A stretch of DNA of 64,000 nucleotides, from NCBI GenBank assembly GCA_002269645.1, contig NIVC01000114.1, positions 897,218-961,217 of the forward strand, written 5' to 3'. The notes below the pieces were generated by a model. It had not been told where the DNA came from. It did no database searches and saw only the letters and a program-made list of their open reading frames with translations. Positions 45,002 through 58,900 of this stretch are shown piece after piece (positions within the stretch are counted from its first letter, which is position 1; each line of letters starts with the position of its first letter). The translations under genes and the position numbers were made by a program. This DNA comes from Macrostomum lignano (Eukaryota).

Positions 45002-48000
45002 ATGACTAAGCTCCACGCTGCCAAAGGAGCGACATTCTGTCTGCAAATTAATTTACAGCATTGCGTATCTGCGTCAGTAAATCTGATGAAGATTGCTGAG
45101 CTGTACAGGCCAGGCCTCATCCTGATCCAGGAACCCTGGATGCGCAACGGTAAGTTGCCCAACATTCCCTCTGGATACTCTGATTTTTATGTGTGTGGCC
45201 CGGGGAACAGCCGCCCTATAGCGGCTATCCTCGCTGCTAGCCATCTCCAGGCTTGGCTGAGGACTGATCTCTCTGATGGAGACCTTTGCGTCATCCAATC
45301 TAATCATTTCTCTCCGCGTACGTGTCTTGTTGCCTCGGTTTATATCCCAGGCGACAGAGACCCTGCTCCTGAGAGTTTACTGCGCCTCGCGCAGTACTGC
45401 GAGTCCCAGAACGCTGAGCTGTGCTTAGGGGGCGACCTCAACGCGCACCACAAGCACTGGGGCAGCAAAGATACCAACACTAGAGGAGAGGAGCTTCTGG
45501 CCCTCATCTCTAACACAAACCTCATGCTCTGCAACCGCGGCAACACTCCTACCTTTAATAATGGCAGATGGACCGAGGTCCTCGACGCCACACTCGTTAC
45601 CCCAAGACTCTTTTACAGAGTTGAGGAGTGGAGAGTCTGGTCTGAGGAGCCCTCCCTGTCTGACCACTGCTTTATCGCCTTTAACATCGCGGACACTAAA
45701 ACCCAGTCTCCGATCACTTGGAGGCGCAATATCCGCAACACTGATTGGGCGGCCTACAAGGCTGCCCTTGATCTGCACCTGCAGGAACTCACGGACTTAC
45801 GTCCGATTGAGACCTGCGAGGATGTGGATCATATGGCTGAGACGCTGACAGGTTGCATTATTGCAGCCTACGTAGCGGCTTGTCCTGCTCGCGCCTACAA
45901 AGGCAAGACCTCGGCGCCGTGGTGGAACCCGGAGCTGGGGAAACTCAGGCGGAAGGCCAAAAGCCTTCATCGCCGTGCCATGAAGACCGGAAACCCGGAG
46001 GACATGGAGCTTTTCCGGCAAGCCTCCCGCAATTTCAATTCTGAAGTGCGCAAGGCCAAGGAATGTAAGTGGCGCCAATTCTGCAATGAATTGGATCAAG
46101 ACAGACCTACTTCTAGGCTTGTCAAGGCCCTTACAATGGACAAAATGTCCAAATTAGCCATGATCAAAAAAGATGATGGCTCTCTTACTAAAGACCCTGA
46201 AGAAGTGCTTCAGCATATGCTTAGCACATTCTTCCCGAGGGTACCTACTGCTAGACCGGAGCCCAACCATTCGATGGATGGAGCCACCCTAGCGGCGGGC
46301 ATTGTCACTGAAGACCTAATCGCTCGTGCGGTCAGAACCTTCAAACCCTTCAAATCTCCTGGACCTGATGGTATCTACCCTGTTCTCCTTCGTGAAGCAG
46401 CCAAGATACCCTCGTTCCTGAGACTCACCCGCAATCTTATGCGGGCCTCTATCCAGCTGGGATACGTTCCCAAATGCTGGACTGAAGCTCGGGTAGTCTT
46501 TATTCCCAAACCTGGGAAGGGTGACTACCAAAGCGTCAAGGCCTTCCGGCCTATTAGCTTAACGTCAGCAATGCTTAAGCTCACTGAGAGGCTTATTCTC
46601 TGGCGGCTGCTGTCCTGCGAGCTGACAGCGATGCCCCTCAGCAATAATCAGCACGCCTTCCGTACCGGGAGGTCGACTGACAGCGCCCTGCATGCGATTG
46701 TCGAGAAGATTGAAAGGGCGGTAGTGGGTGACGGTTACGCTCTGGCTCTCTTTCTTGACATTGTTGGCGCCTTCGACAACGTTATCTTTGAAGCGTTTCA
46801 GAGGGCCCTTCAAAATCGCAAAGCTCATGCTACCCTCATACGGTGGATCATGTACATGATCTCCAACCGTACGGTCACTGCCCAACTTCTTGGGCAAACT
46901 GCCTCCACCAGAGTATGTAAGGGTGGACCCCAAGGCGGAGTCCTCACCCCGACGCTCTGGAACCTGGTCATGGACGCTCTTTTGAGTGACTCCCGACCCG
47001 ACCCCGTCTTCAAAGTCGGGTATGCTGATGACGTCACGGCCATTGTGGCAGGACCGTCTCCCAGCACGCTCAGGGATCTGATGCAGAGCTTTATCCGCAA
47101 AGCAGAATCCTGGGCCAATGACAATGGTCTGGAACTCTCTGAGCCCAAAACCGTTGCCATTATGTTTACCAGCAGACTACGCTGGAACATACGTCCTCTG
47201 CAGCTCTACGGCAGAGATATTGCCTTCGCGCACCAGACCAGATGTCTCGGGGTCACACTTGACCACCGGCTCAACTGGTCCTTCCACGTGAAAGCAAAAG
47301 CCAAGCGTGCCTCAGCCATCCTGGCCCAGCTCCGACGAGCACTTGGCACTTCTTGGGGTCTATCCCCAAAGCGGCTTTGGTGGATCTATACTTCCGTAGT
47401 TAGACCTGCCATTACGTACGCCTCTGTTGTCTGGGTTAGCGCTACCCAGGTCAAAAGCCATGCAGACCTGCTCAACACGATCCAAGGCAGAGCGTGTAGG
47501 CTCATCTGCAACGCCACCAGGTCCACGACCTTTGCTGGCATGGGGGCCTTCCTTAATCTACCGCCTCTTGACCTCTTCGTCAGGGGTGAGGCGGCTAGAA
47601 CGACGCGGCGTCTAATTGATGCCGGCGTCAAATTCATTTACATGAGAGCACCTGCTAAGCGGAACCTTGTCCCGCATAGCGACCTGTGCCTCAACTTTCT
47701 CAACGAGTGTCAGGCCAATTGCGTCTTCACCGATGGCATTGACTCAACGCTCAACCTGAGACAGCGCTACTCCGTAGCTATCGACTCGCGCGATAACATC
47801 AATGACCAATGGAACCTTGGTGAGCTTCATTGCTACACCGACGGTTCTAAGCAGTCAGCCAACACCGGCTTTGGTGTTGGAATCTTTCTGAACGGGAGGG
47901 TCATCGCTACCCACGCTCAATACACTGGGGTCAACTCCAGTGTTTTCCAAAATGAAGTTCTGGCCATCAGCTCCTGCACTGCAGAGCTTCTCGCCACTGG

Positions 48001-48742
48001 CGTTACTGGTAAGAACATCATTTTCCATTCGGACAGCCAAGCTGCCTTGCACGCCATCAGTGGCTGCAGCACCAACTCTGCTACAGTCCTCGACTGTATC
48101 AAACTCCTCAACGTGTTGGGTTCCGCCAACAAAATTACCCTTAAGTGGGTTCCGGGGCATGTGGGGATCTGAGGAAATGAGTTGGCTGACACCCTTGCAA
48201 AAGTTGGTGCCTCCGGCTCCTCTCTCGGCCCCGAACCTCTTGTCCCGATTCCTGGCTGTGTCATCGACTCGCGCATCAAAGCGTGGATCAGGACTCAGCA
48301 CCGCTCGACTTGGGCGAACCGCACGAACTGCAGGCAATCCAGAGGCGCTGTCCCTCAGCCCTCTCACCAGCTCCAGAAGCTCCCCTTGCGCCTCTCGCGC
48401 AGAGACATCCGGGCTGCCACCATGACCCTCTCTGGTCACGGCTGCTTCTCCAGGCACCAGTACCTGCAGGGCAACGCCACCAACGCCACCTGTAGTTTCT
48501 GCAACTCAGGTGACGAAACCGCTGAGCATTTCGTCAGCATCTGTCCCGCCTTCACGCGGGCCAGACTCACTTACCTCGGGCCACACACATCTATTACTGA
48601 AGCGAGCAAACCCGAAAACTTTAATCAGCTCATGCGCTACCTTCGGGCCACCCGCAGGGCTGAACTCTCCTTTCCAGAGAGCACCATAGCTGCTGGCGAC
48701 ACTGGGGGACCTCCCTGGGCGGCGCCAACCCTCCGTCCATAG
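45002..48742 (+). pseudogene. LINE ORF2 (AP endonuclease, reverse transcriptase, RNase H, zinc knuckle) interrupted by one in-frame TGA at 48170-48172
   Basis: QINLQH, LIQEPW, GGDLNAHH, SDH (EN). KSPGPDG, FRPISL, QHAFR, GGPQGGVLTP, GYADD (RT). YTDGS, HSDSQA, WVPGHVGI*GNELAD (RNase H). CSFC...AEHFVSIC. The frame continues after the stop. Confidence 0.92.
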
Positions 48743-50191
48743 CGACGCGTCGGCCGTTCAGGGACTAGCGGAATGGGCGCCCGTGCCTTCCCGCTGTGTC
48801 CCCTCCGGGACAGCCCTGCAGCTAAGTCAAGTAAGTCAAGTCCATATCATGCTACCATCTGTAGCCTCTGACTGCTGTACCGTGACGTCCTCACAGAAAG
48901 AAATGCATGTGTACAATATTATTCCCGGCATACCCGACGTATTAGCTCGATGTCGATGATTGAATGTATAACATTTACATGTACGGTACAGGCCGGGTCT
49001 TAATTTTACGAGTACACACTACACTGACGGGTGACGACGTTTTGTATATACTGTAGCTGCACCAAAATTAAGTCGGTGTTATACAAAAGAACCCTCTCGC
49101 ATGTGATGTCGAAAGATGTCGTAAAACGATATTGTCGACGTCGATTTACTGTACGAGATACTGTACTGTACTGAAAGACACAAACTTCTGTGAAAATCCA
49201 TAGCGGTTTTTACCGCCTTGAACGATTTTCTGAATTGAAAACAAAATACGCATACGACCAAGAGACAAAAGGCTTGTACTTCATTTACGTTACGCGAGTC
49301 TGTTCAAAATCTCTTAAACTGATACATGTATATAGTCGTGCAAGAAAATCAAATAAAACTTCTTTAAGGTTCTTCAATTACAGTACCTGGCTTTTAGTAT
49401 TGTCTGACGCACTGCTTTTATTTCGTTCTCTATTAACTTTAACCGCCTAATTTGTATAGCATACGTAAGATATTCGATCTGCAAGTTTTGCAACTCAATT
49501 ACTTTATATCATTAAATAGCATTTTCATTTTTGGACTTTCCAAAATCTCATAGTCTACAAGTTGTATATATAGAGGTTCTTAACCCTATACTCTAGCTGG
49601 CATGCAATTCTAGCTGCAGCTGTCTGTAATAACACGGATTTGCACAGTCATCAAATACTCTCATTAGCAAGCTGAAAGCAGCTCACTTCGAGCACGTGTG
49701 CGGACATTTATTGATTCCCCAATTATGGCTTTATAGCTATCCACAGCGTCACTAATAAACTCTGTTCCTAATTGCGCGGATCTGCAAAATTCTGTACAAT
49801 TACTGATTTATAAAAAGTATTGTCAGAAATCAGGACTTCCAAAATAGTTTCTTGCCTGCTTTTTTTGATCCCGAGGTTACACTACTGCAGAACATTGACA
49901 TCAATGTCCCGCACACATTGATGTACGCCGTTAATAGTGAGAAGAGGCAAGTCTACCGAATGGGACAGCATAGGAAATCAAATCAGTCGATCATGAACGC
50001 CAAAATGCAAAAAATTTAGTTCACAAAGAACCGCTGCGAACGAAGACATTAAAGTTGGGTATAAATATTATTACTCGTACAAGCCTAGTTGCTATAACGC
50101 GCTAAAACTGGCCTCATTGATGGCAGTGTGAACAATCCTTTAGACTCACGCAAACAAACAATTATCACTACGTACTCACCTCAATTTAAAA

Positions 50192-50194
<3 letters not shown>

Positions 50195-50251
<57 letters not shown>
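50195..50251. repeat. (GA)n microsatellite
   Basis: Direct reading. Confidence 0.97.
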
Positions 50252-50252
<1 letters not shown>

Positions 50253-50614
50253 TCTAAAACGAATCAGTCCAGCAGTTGAAGTTTGCCCATTATTGGAGCT
50301 TAATAAGAAAAATCTAACATAATAGCAACGGGATGTCCATAGTCACCTGCTGTCATCTGTTAAAGGTGCCGCCGGCGCCGGGATGATGACGGGGAATGCT
50401 TGAGAGACTAGCTAAGGATGTCCATCAGTTAAGACTTGCACACTGTCGAGGCTTGATCAGCGAAACTAGATAAATTATAGCAACATGGTGTGTGTGTCCA
50501 AATAGTCATTTCTGGTGCCACCTGTTAAACGTCCAGTAGCTCCAATGTGCATCGTCAACGTGCTGATGAAATTTAGAGAGGCTTGGCAAAGTTAACTGTA
50601 GTACGTAGTAATTA

Positions 50615-50667
50615 GTAGTAGTAGTAGTAGTAGTAGTAGCAGTAGCAGTAGTAGTAGTAGTAGTAGC

Positions 50668-50765
<98 letters not shown>

Positions 50766-50790
50766 CAGTAGCAGTAGTAGTAGTAGTAGT
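50615..50790. repeat. (TAG)n microsatellite with occasional CAG
   Basis: Direct reading. Confidence 0.97.
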
Positions 50791-51532
50791 AAAGAGACGA
50801 TAAATGGTGAGACAACTTCATGTATACGAGCGCTGTGAGTGCAGCCACCCACTCACGTTCCGCTAAAGTTAAGTTAAAGTTAATTACTAGTAACTAGTAC
50901 CTTCCACCCACTCGCATGTTGTTAAACTAATTAAGAAATTTCGAACAGGGAAGGAACTGGAACTGGGAATGAATCGTTGACTAAAACAGTAAAATGGCAC
51001 GTATGAATTTCACTTCGTTCTGGAACTACGAGTAGATAATTGGACTTTTGTAGGCGGCATTTTGTAGGCGTACAACTCACTGTAATTGGGCTTGTCCTAA
51101 TCTCAATTAGCCCTCCTACCTGGCCTTGAAATCTTCATCACTTTGCCAATTAATACGAGCGTAACGACTAATGAGAACTGAGATTGAAAACCCTATTCTT
51201 CTCATGAGCCATCCCGATCGTGTCTCTGTTTACTGCGCGGAGTAAACGGAAAATAAAGGTGCAATTTTTAGGAGAAGACAAACGTTCGTTTCCTTTGAGT
51301 AACACTTTAAAGACGCTTTTTTATATTCAAACAAGCTGTTGAAACCCGCGGATTTTGAACCCGGGGAACTCCATTCCCCGGAATTATTTTTGCATGTATT
51401 CTAAAATCTGAGGTAAAACTCAAACAAAAATTTGTTCCCTTGTTAATAGTTAGGATAGAGTTAGGATAGAGTTAGGATCATGTAAAATTAGGATTTGAGG
51501 CAAACATTGATATTGTTGGCTGGGGTGCTGCG

Positions 51533-53153
51533 CAGAATGTCAGGCAAACTCTGGCCTCTACGTACCTCTGCCTCTCCCTATGTCCTTTGCATCCTTTGAA
51601 ACTTCCATCTTCTTTTCTGTTTCCTATCTTCTCTCTCGTCTCTTCTCTCTCTCCCTCTTATCTTCTCTTTCTTCTCTCCTCTCTCGTCTCTTCTCTCGTC
51701 TCTTCCCTCTCCCCTCTATTCTTTTCTCTCTCTTCTCCTCTCTTCGCTCTGGTCTCTGGTCTCTCATATCTCCTTTCTCCTGTTTTATCTTTTCTCATTT
51801 CTCTCTGCTCTCTACTCTGTCTTCCCTCTGCTCTCTGCTCTCTCTTCCCTCACCTCTCTTCTCACTCCTTACTCTACCTTCTCTCAACACTTTCCTTATC
51901 TCTACTCTCTCCTTTTTCCTCTCTTCTCTCAACTCTTTCCTCTCCTCTGTCCACTCTCTCCTCTCATCTCTCTGCTCTCTCCTATCCTATCTCTCTTCTC
52001 TCTCTTCTCTCCCCTCTTTCCTCTCCTCCCTCGTCCTTTTCACCAATTTCCCCTGTCCTCTCGATTCTCTCCCTTCCCCTCTCTCTCCTCACTCACTTCT
52101 CATCTCTCCTTGTCTACACCTCTCATCCCTTATTTCTTATCTCTCCTCTTTTCTCTCTACTCTCCCATCTCTCGTCTGTTCACTCTCGTTTCTGCTCTCT
52201 CATCTCCCCTCTCTTATCAGTCATCTTTACTCTCATATGTTCTCTCACCTCTCCCCTGTACTCCTCTCTTTCCCCTTTTTGACTCAGGAGGACTCGATCC
52301 TTTCTTCTTTCTTCTCGTCTCTTCTCTTCTCTCTTCTATACTCTCTCCCTCTCTTGTCTTCTCTCTTCTCTCTCACTCTCCTCTCTCCTCTCTTATATCG
52401 TCTGTTCACTCTCATCTTTGCTCTCTCATTCCCCTCTCTCTTCTGTCATCTCTACTCTCCTCTCTACTGTGTACTCTTCTCTTTCCCCTCTTCTGACTCC
52501 TCTCTTTCCTTACTCCTCTCTTCTCTTCCCTCTTCTATACTCTCTCCCCTCTATTCTCTTTTCTCGTCTCTCCGCACTCTGCTCTCTCTTCCTTCATCTC
52601 TCATCTCTACTCTACTCTCTCATATTTCCTTTCATCTCACTTATCTCTACAATCTCATCTCTTTCCTCTCTCCTCCTCTTCCCTTTACTCTATCATCTCT
52701 CCTTTGTCCTCTCTTCTTTCTCAACTCTCTCTCTCATATCTATCTTCTCTCTTCTCACTCGTCTCTCCCCCTCTTATCTCCTCCCCTCTATCCTTTCTAA
52801 TCCCCCCTCTCGATACTCTCATCTCCTCTTTGTTCTCTCATCTCACTCTTCTCTACTCTCCTCTCTCATCGATCCTCTGTCTTATCTCTCCCCTCTTCTC
52901 TCTCCATCTTCTCACCTCTACTATTTCCTCTCCCTTCTCTCTCCCCTCCTCTCGCTTCTTCGTCCCATATTCTCTGCTCTCTCCTCAACCTCCTCGTACG
53001 TCTCTCCTGTTATCTTCTATCTTTTCTTTTATCCCCTCTCGCCCCGCCTCCCTTTCAAATAGTCTATTCCTTTTCCTTTTCACTCTCATCTGGCCCGTAG
53101 CCATGAGTTGGATTCTTTATCTAGCCTTTGAGATAAAAATCTGCCGATCCCTG
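51533..53153. mobile_element. Same MITE family with a CT-rich interior expanded to about 1.5 kb
   Basis: The right end GCCATGAGTTGGATTCT...AAAAATCTGCCGATCCCTG matches 25650-25705. The left end is CAGAATGTCAGGCAAAC. The interior is a pure polypyrimidine tract. Confidence 0.62.
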
Positions 53154-54519
53154 CTTCGAAAGCCAGTTTGTGGGACGTAGTACTATCGTGGTTGTTATCA
53201 TTTCCCATGCTTTAATCACGTCATCTTTCTGGCCAATTAGCAGCCCTGAGAGAAATTTGTATATCTCCAGCTCCACCACCACAGTCTGCAGCAGTCTAAC
53301 AAACAACCATGAAAATACGCATTTCTTAGGAGGCCATTTAAATTTTAAAGTACCTTATGCGAATCTTAATGTTAAAATTTTCATGGTGTAAGTGTAACTA
53401 ATTTAGTAGGATTGCATTGTAATCAGTTATTCATTAATTTTTCGATATTTTTTACAAACCCCTTGATTTGCCATCCTTGTTTAACTGCTGCAGACTTGTC
53501 TATTCAGAGGACAGTGGTTTGAAATTGAATCTCTCACTAAACTCTCTCCTCTCTACGCCTCTCCACTCGCGGGGGTACAGAGAAGGCTATTAAAAAGTTA
53601 TTCCAAAACACTGTACATTCGCTATGTACATTGAGCCCTATCGCCTGACCCTTCGTCTGGGGAATGAGTTGGATGAGCGGCAAAAAACAGATAAAGCAGA
53701 CAAACTTCACATGCTTACAGTTTCTGTCCTGATTGAGATACAGAGTTGAGACTTTACATGTAGACAGAGAATGAGTCAATAAAGAATTCTGTCAAGTTTG
53801 AAGTCAATCGCTATACGTGGAGCAAACTTATGGCAGCTGAAAGTTAGTCAATTTTGAAACCCTTTTACACATCTGGGCCCAGATCGGGAAAGAGAGGCAG
53901 GCGGGCGGAGGTTGGGGTGGTTGCTACGCTGAAAAAAATAGCCTAACTTTAAAAGTGCACAGCACCGCTCAGGATTAACTTTGAGACTCAAAATTTTACA
54001 TGATTGTGCCAAAATAGTTTAAGATTATCTGTGTCAAATTTGAAGAGAATCGGTAGAAGTGGAGCGGCGCTATGGAGGATTAAGTGAAAAAATCGCGCAT
54101 TTTGAGCAGTTTTTTGTACTTTTAGGTAGGAAGACTCAAATTTAGGAAATTTTAAGGTAGCCTAAGACATTCTCCGTAGTAAGTTTAGGGTGGGTGTAAA
54201 GTTTGGTGTAATTTGGTTGAGCGGTTTGGGAGTCCATAGCGAAGTAATTTGTCCACAGACAGACAGACAGAGTTTTGGTTTTTATAGGTAGAGATATCGC
54301 ACGCGTAGGATGAATTTTTTATGACATGTACCGTAGACCTATTTTAAACAGTGTAACAGATAGAGTATAAATTTTATTGCAAGAATTTTAATTATTAATG
54401 CAGTACTTTTACATTTTTTTATGAGCTTGATTGATTCTGCGCCGGATCAAAATGCAGAATATGCACTGTCGTTTCCTTTTGGGATAATATTTAATATTCT
54501 AAGTGCGTGCGTGTGCTGG

Positions 54520-54939
54520 CGCCTCTGGTGCTGGCGCCTCTGGTGCTGGCGCCTCTGGTGCTAAAGCCTCTGGTGCTGGCGCCTCTGGTGCTGGCGCCTC
54601 TGGTGCTGGCGCCTCTGGTGCTAAAGCCTCTGGTGCTAAAGCATCTGGTGCTAAAGCATCTGGTGCTGGCGCATCTGGTGATAAAGCCTCTGGTGCTAAA
54701 GCCTCTGGTGCTAAAGCCCCTGGTGCTAAAGCCCCTGGTGCTAAAGCCTCTGGTGCTAAAGCATCTGGTGCTAAAGCATCTGGTGCTAAAGCCTCTGGTG
54801 CTAAAGCCTCTGGTGCTAAAGCATCTGGTGCTGGCGCATCTGGTGCTAAAGCCTCTGGTGCTAAAGCCTCTGGTGCTAAAGCCTCTGGTGCCACTGCTGA
54901 TGCGCCTCCTCCTACAAACAACTTCTGGCTCCACCCCTG
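54520..54939. repeat. 15-bp minisatellite GCCTCTGGTGCT(AAA/GGC) ending at a MITE-like terminus (CAGGGGTGGAGCCAG on the minus strand)
   Basis: Direct reading. Confidence 0.88.
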
Positions 54940-55951
54940 ACTACGCATTTACTCGTACTTACGAAATAATCTACAAAAGAATGTATACTTGCAAACAAGC
55001 TGCTCAGAGTTATTTCTGCATGTGCGTTAGACCACTTTTCTCAGACTTAACTCATAACTATTACAAGTACTTTACTGTATGCTTTTACGAGTATTAACTG
55101 CTAAATTTTCCGCATTGTAAATCATTTAAACATCTGCTAGTAACATATACGCAATAGGTAAACAGTAGATTATAACGTTCGAAGTGTTTAATGTTATTTT
55201 AAAAGCCGAATATAAATACTATAATGATGACCAATATATGGAGGCCAAAGTGCTCTTATAAGAAGACACCTCTGTCCACTGTATATTTGCACTTGCTTTC
55301 GTCTCTAGCTAAAACCTAATTTATGAGTCATGTTATTCGCCCATGAATATTATTTGCATATCTCAACCGTTTGTCTCACATAATTGAACTGCAGGGTCAA
55401 TATTCATAAAAACTTATATCTAGCTAATGCAAACTGTACGCTGAGAAAAGAATGGGTGGATGGACAGTTGAGATGCGTAGATGCGCTGCAATGTGCTTTC
55501 AGCTAAACTCGAAGTTTGCACAATAGGGCGTGTGTCGTTGTGTGTTTCTCGATGGTTGGTCATCACACAAAACTATATACAGCCTAAGAGCTGCCTTCTA
55601 AAGGCGTTGGCGATGGACTGCTGACTGCCTGTCTGACGCAGGTCTTAGTGCACAGGTGGGGTGAGGCAAAATAAACTATTCTCATTCATTCGAATATCTC
55701 TGCTTTTTCTACCCCCCTTACTCCAGCAGTAACCTGGCAACAGCGAGGAACAGCAGAGAATGGGTGGACGAGAGGTAGAGAGTGAGAAGAAACCAGAAAA
55801 AAACTACGGAGACAGCTCTGTCTCTGTCTCTCTCTCCACCTTTCTCTTTGCACAAAAATATTTTTAAAGACCGAACATCGCCATAAAGCTTTTTTACAGG
55901 GTTTGTCAGTTTGATTGAAACCGATTTTGTCTTACAAATCGGATAGTCGAT

Positions 55952-58900
55952 ATGCAGTCACCTGTAGTTGGGTGCTTTCTGCTGCTTCTGCTTGGCTCTG
56001 GTAAGTTTTCAACCAATTTACACCCTTATCGTATTAACTTTCAGTCGAATGTGTAAGACCCAATGACCAGTCAAAAATTAGTACGGAAAACTTTGTTTCA
56101 AAGAATCTTTGAAGGCTCCAAAATGTAAAAATATCAATATATGTCACTGTCAAGACGTTCGATAGCGGAAGTGCAGATTAAGTAACATTTGCTGTCGTTT
56201 GTTAATGGGTCTACATGCTCAATAGAACCGCTAGATTTGAGGCATGTGTTGAATTTGTTGTCTCTAATTAGTTGAATACTCATAAAATTGTCAAACGACT
56301 TGCCCAGTTGCGATAAAAATTTCGACGTAGATATTCAAGTATAAGAAAATAACGAAAATCTCAGGTCCTCAGCCAAAATATGTAATATGTATAGCTCTAC
56401 TTGATTTTAAGTATAAAAAATCAAAGTTCAACTGTTTTACCCACCAAATTGTCTCTTTAAGTCCAGATTGTCTCATTCAAGTCAAGAAAAACATTTCCTG
56501 CAGACGAACACGCTGTGTGAAACGTTAGTTTCGCGATATATATCGAAAAATAATACTTTCGGTGTTGTTTACCGTGTAGCTGAGCGGCAACGCGTCCGAC
56601 TTCTAAAGTACACACGCACCTTTTTCGATTCCGTACTTAATTGGTGACATTAATTTTCGCCATCGAAGCCGATGAGGGGTCAATCAACAAGTTTAGGAGG
56701 GTTGGTTGCTGGTGTGAAAGTAAGGACTCCTGCACATCCCTTCACAGTTATCCTTTTGTACGTGCTCAGGGATCACCGTACTAGAATGACTGCCAATTAA
56801 TAATTTATTTGTTTCATTTCCTCTTTGAAGTCGCGCTCGCCCAGACTCCGGTGAGTGTCCGACTTGTCGGCCCGTCTGGTCTGTCCGGAACAGAAGGCGT
56901 GGTCGAGGTGACCATGAGCGACGGCTCCGTTGGACGCTACTGCGACTCTGGCCTGGACAACAATGCCCCATCAGTGATCTGTGCCATGCTCGGCTACAGA
57001 GGCATTGTTGGTTACAGAATCCCAACGCCGATTGTAACAACTGGGAACACCAACTTTGTTATTGCCACGACTGGCGGCTGTCCGTCCTTTTTGGTGAGAT
57101 GTGCTGACTGACTGACCGACTGACTGACTGACTGACTGACTGACTGACTGACTGACTGACTGACTGACTGACTGACTGACTGACTGACTGACTGACTGAC
57201 TGACTGACTGACTGACTGACTGACTGACTGACTGACTGACTGACTGACTGACTGACTGACTGACTGACTGACTGACTGACTGACTGACTGACTGACTGAC
57301 TGACTGACTGACTGACTGACTGACTGACTGACTGACTGACTGACTGACTGACTGACTGACTGACTGACTGACTGACTGACTGACTGACTGACTGACTGAC
57401 TGACTGACTGACTGACTGACTGACTGACTGACTGACTGACTGACTGACTGACTGACTGACTGACTGACTGACTGACTGACTGACTGACTGACTGACTGAC
57501 TGACTGACTGACTGACTGACTGACTGACTGACTGACGACTGACTGACTGACTGACTGCCTGCAAATTACCACCTTATTTTATTACTACCTTCCAGCCAGG
57601 TTCCCCCAGCACGTGGGATCTGAATACAGCCTGCAGTTACGTTGTGCGCCCAAATCTGCCACCCACGTGTTACAATCGAAGCAACGACGTTGCTGTGATC
57701 TGTACGGGCAGGCTGACAACAGGCGCTCCTGCGTCTACTGTGACCCCGAACATGGCGACTGTGGCGCCAACCATGTGCGACAGCAACGTCACCAACCTGC
57801 GGCTTGAGCCGGGGCCGACCGAGGGCATCGTGCTGATTCAGAACGCCACTGGTACCAACTTTGGCAGCGTTTGTGCAGCCGGATTCGGAGTGAACGAAGC
57901 AACCATGTTTTGTCGTATGCTCTGCCAGAATGCGTAAGTTTCTTTGAAGTTAAAATATGCTACTTTGCATGTACCAAAAAACGGTGTTAAAATCCTTATT
58001 TTTGTATAAACCGATGACACGCGGAAAGATAAAAGAGAATGGGACAGAGGAGGACGTACAATCTAAACATTCAGTACATTATAAACTCAGATAGCTGGTC
58101 TGTCAGCCGATGAAGTTGATGGACTTAACAAAATAGAAACGAATTTACTACAGCTAGCCCCTTGTGAAACATGATTAAATTTGGAAGTTCTTTTTTTTTA
58201 CCCTCCAGCACGACGAATGCAATCGGGATGACGGGTCTGTACCGAACCGTGGCCCTAGCCTATCCGGTGATGCTGTCGGGGCTGTCTTGCCCGGCTGGTG
58301 CCACCAGCACCAACGACTGCACGCACAATGGCTGGGGCGTGGCATCCGCCTCCTGCTCTCAGGCCAGAGCTGTCACGGTGCGTTGCGCTCCGGTTTCCCT
58401 CACTGCGCCGCCGGTGCCGCGACCAACAGTTCAGTGCCGCAACTACCAAGCTTTTGTGTACTTCTCCATTGCCGACGTACCCGCGTCGTGGCTGCTTAGC
58501 CTAGCTGGAACTTATAATGCAGCCACGTGCAACTTCACAGTCGGACAAAATGGCTCCAATGTATGGGCAATCATACCATACATGGGATGCAACAGCGTAC
58601 AATCCACAAACACAACCCACGTGACCTACACATCGAGTCTGTACAAGAATGTCACCATGGTTGGCGGAGTGTATCTGGACACGCCCTACGTCATGCAAAT
58701 CGTTTGCGCGATCCCAAAAGCCAGCGACGTGACGGCCGCACTCGTGCCAGACGCTCGGACGGTCCCACCAGTAGAGAGCGGTGACTCTTACACGTCCGAA
58801 GTTCGAATCTTCCGTGACTACATGAGCGGAAACTTTAGGAATGAGATAACGCCAGGCTCAAGACTGGTCGTTGGCACCAAAGTCTATGTGAGAGTGCAAG

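Larger units (their letters stand above)
42940..48840 (+). mobile_element. Full-length non-LTR retrotransposon, LOA/I-group type (ORF1 plus EN-RT-RNaseH-CCHC ORF2)
   Basis: 13-bp TSD TCCATATCATGCT at 42927-42939 and 48841-48853. 3' tail (TAAGTCAAG)x2. Two ORFs separated by 23 nt. Confidence 0.93.

Noticed and set aside
47855-48457. 200-aa antisense ORF over LINE RNase H
   Set aside because: Shadow ORF of GC-rich coding sequence with no recognisable motif.
49898-49924. Perfect 10-bp hairpin ACATCAATGT-7nt-ACATTGATGT
   Set aside because: Isolated and short, with no associated feature. Compatible with chance or a repeat remnant.
50170-50420. Possible minus-strand exons near the (GA)n tract
   Set aside because: Splice-like sites exist, but no coherent multi-exon ORF or recognisable protein could be built.
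51580-53180. Leu/Ser-rich ORFs up to 406 aa
   Set aside because: Artefact of a C/T-only tract.
54491-55097. Elastin/silk-like GASGA, PEALA and STRGF ORFs
   Set aside because: 15-bp repeat open in all frames, adjacent to a MITE terminus. No splice or signal context.
56971-57572. SQSV poly-repeat ORFs
   Set aside because: (GACT)n microsatellite in an intron of the plus-strand gene.
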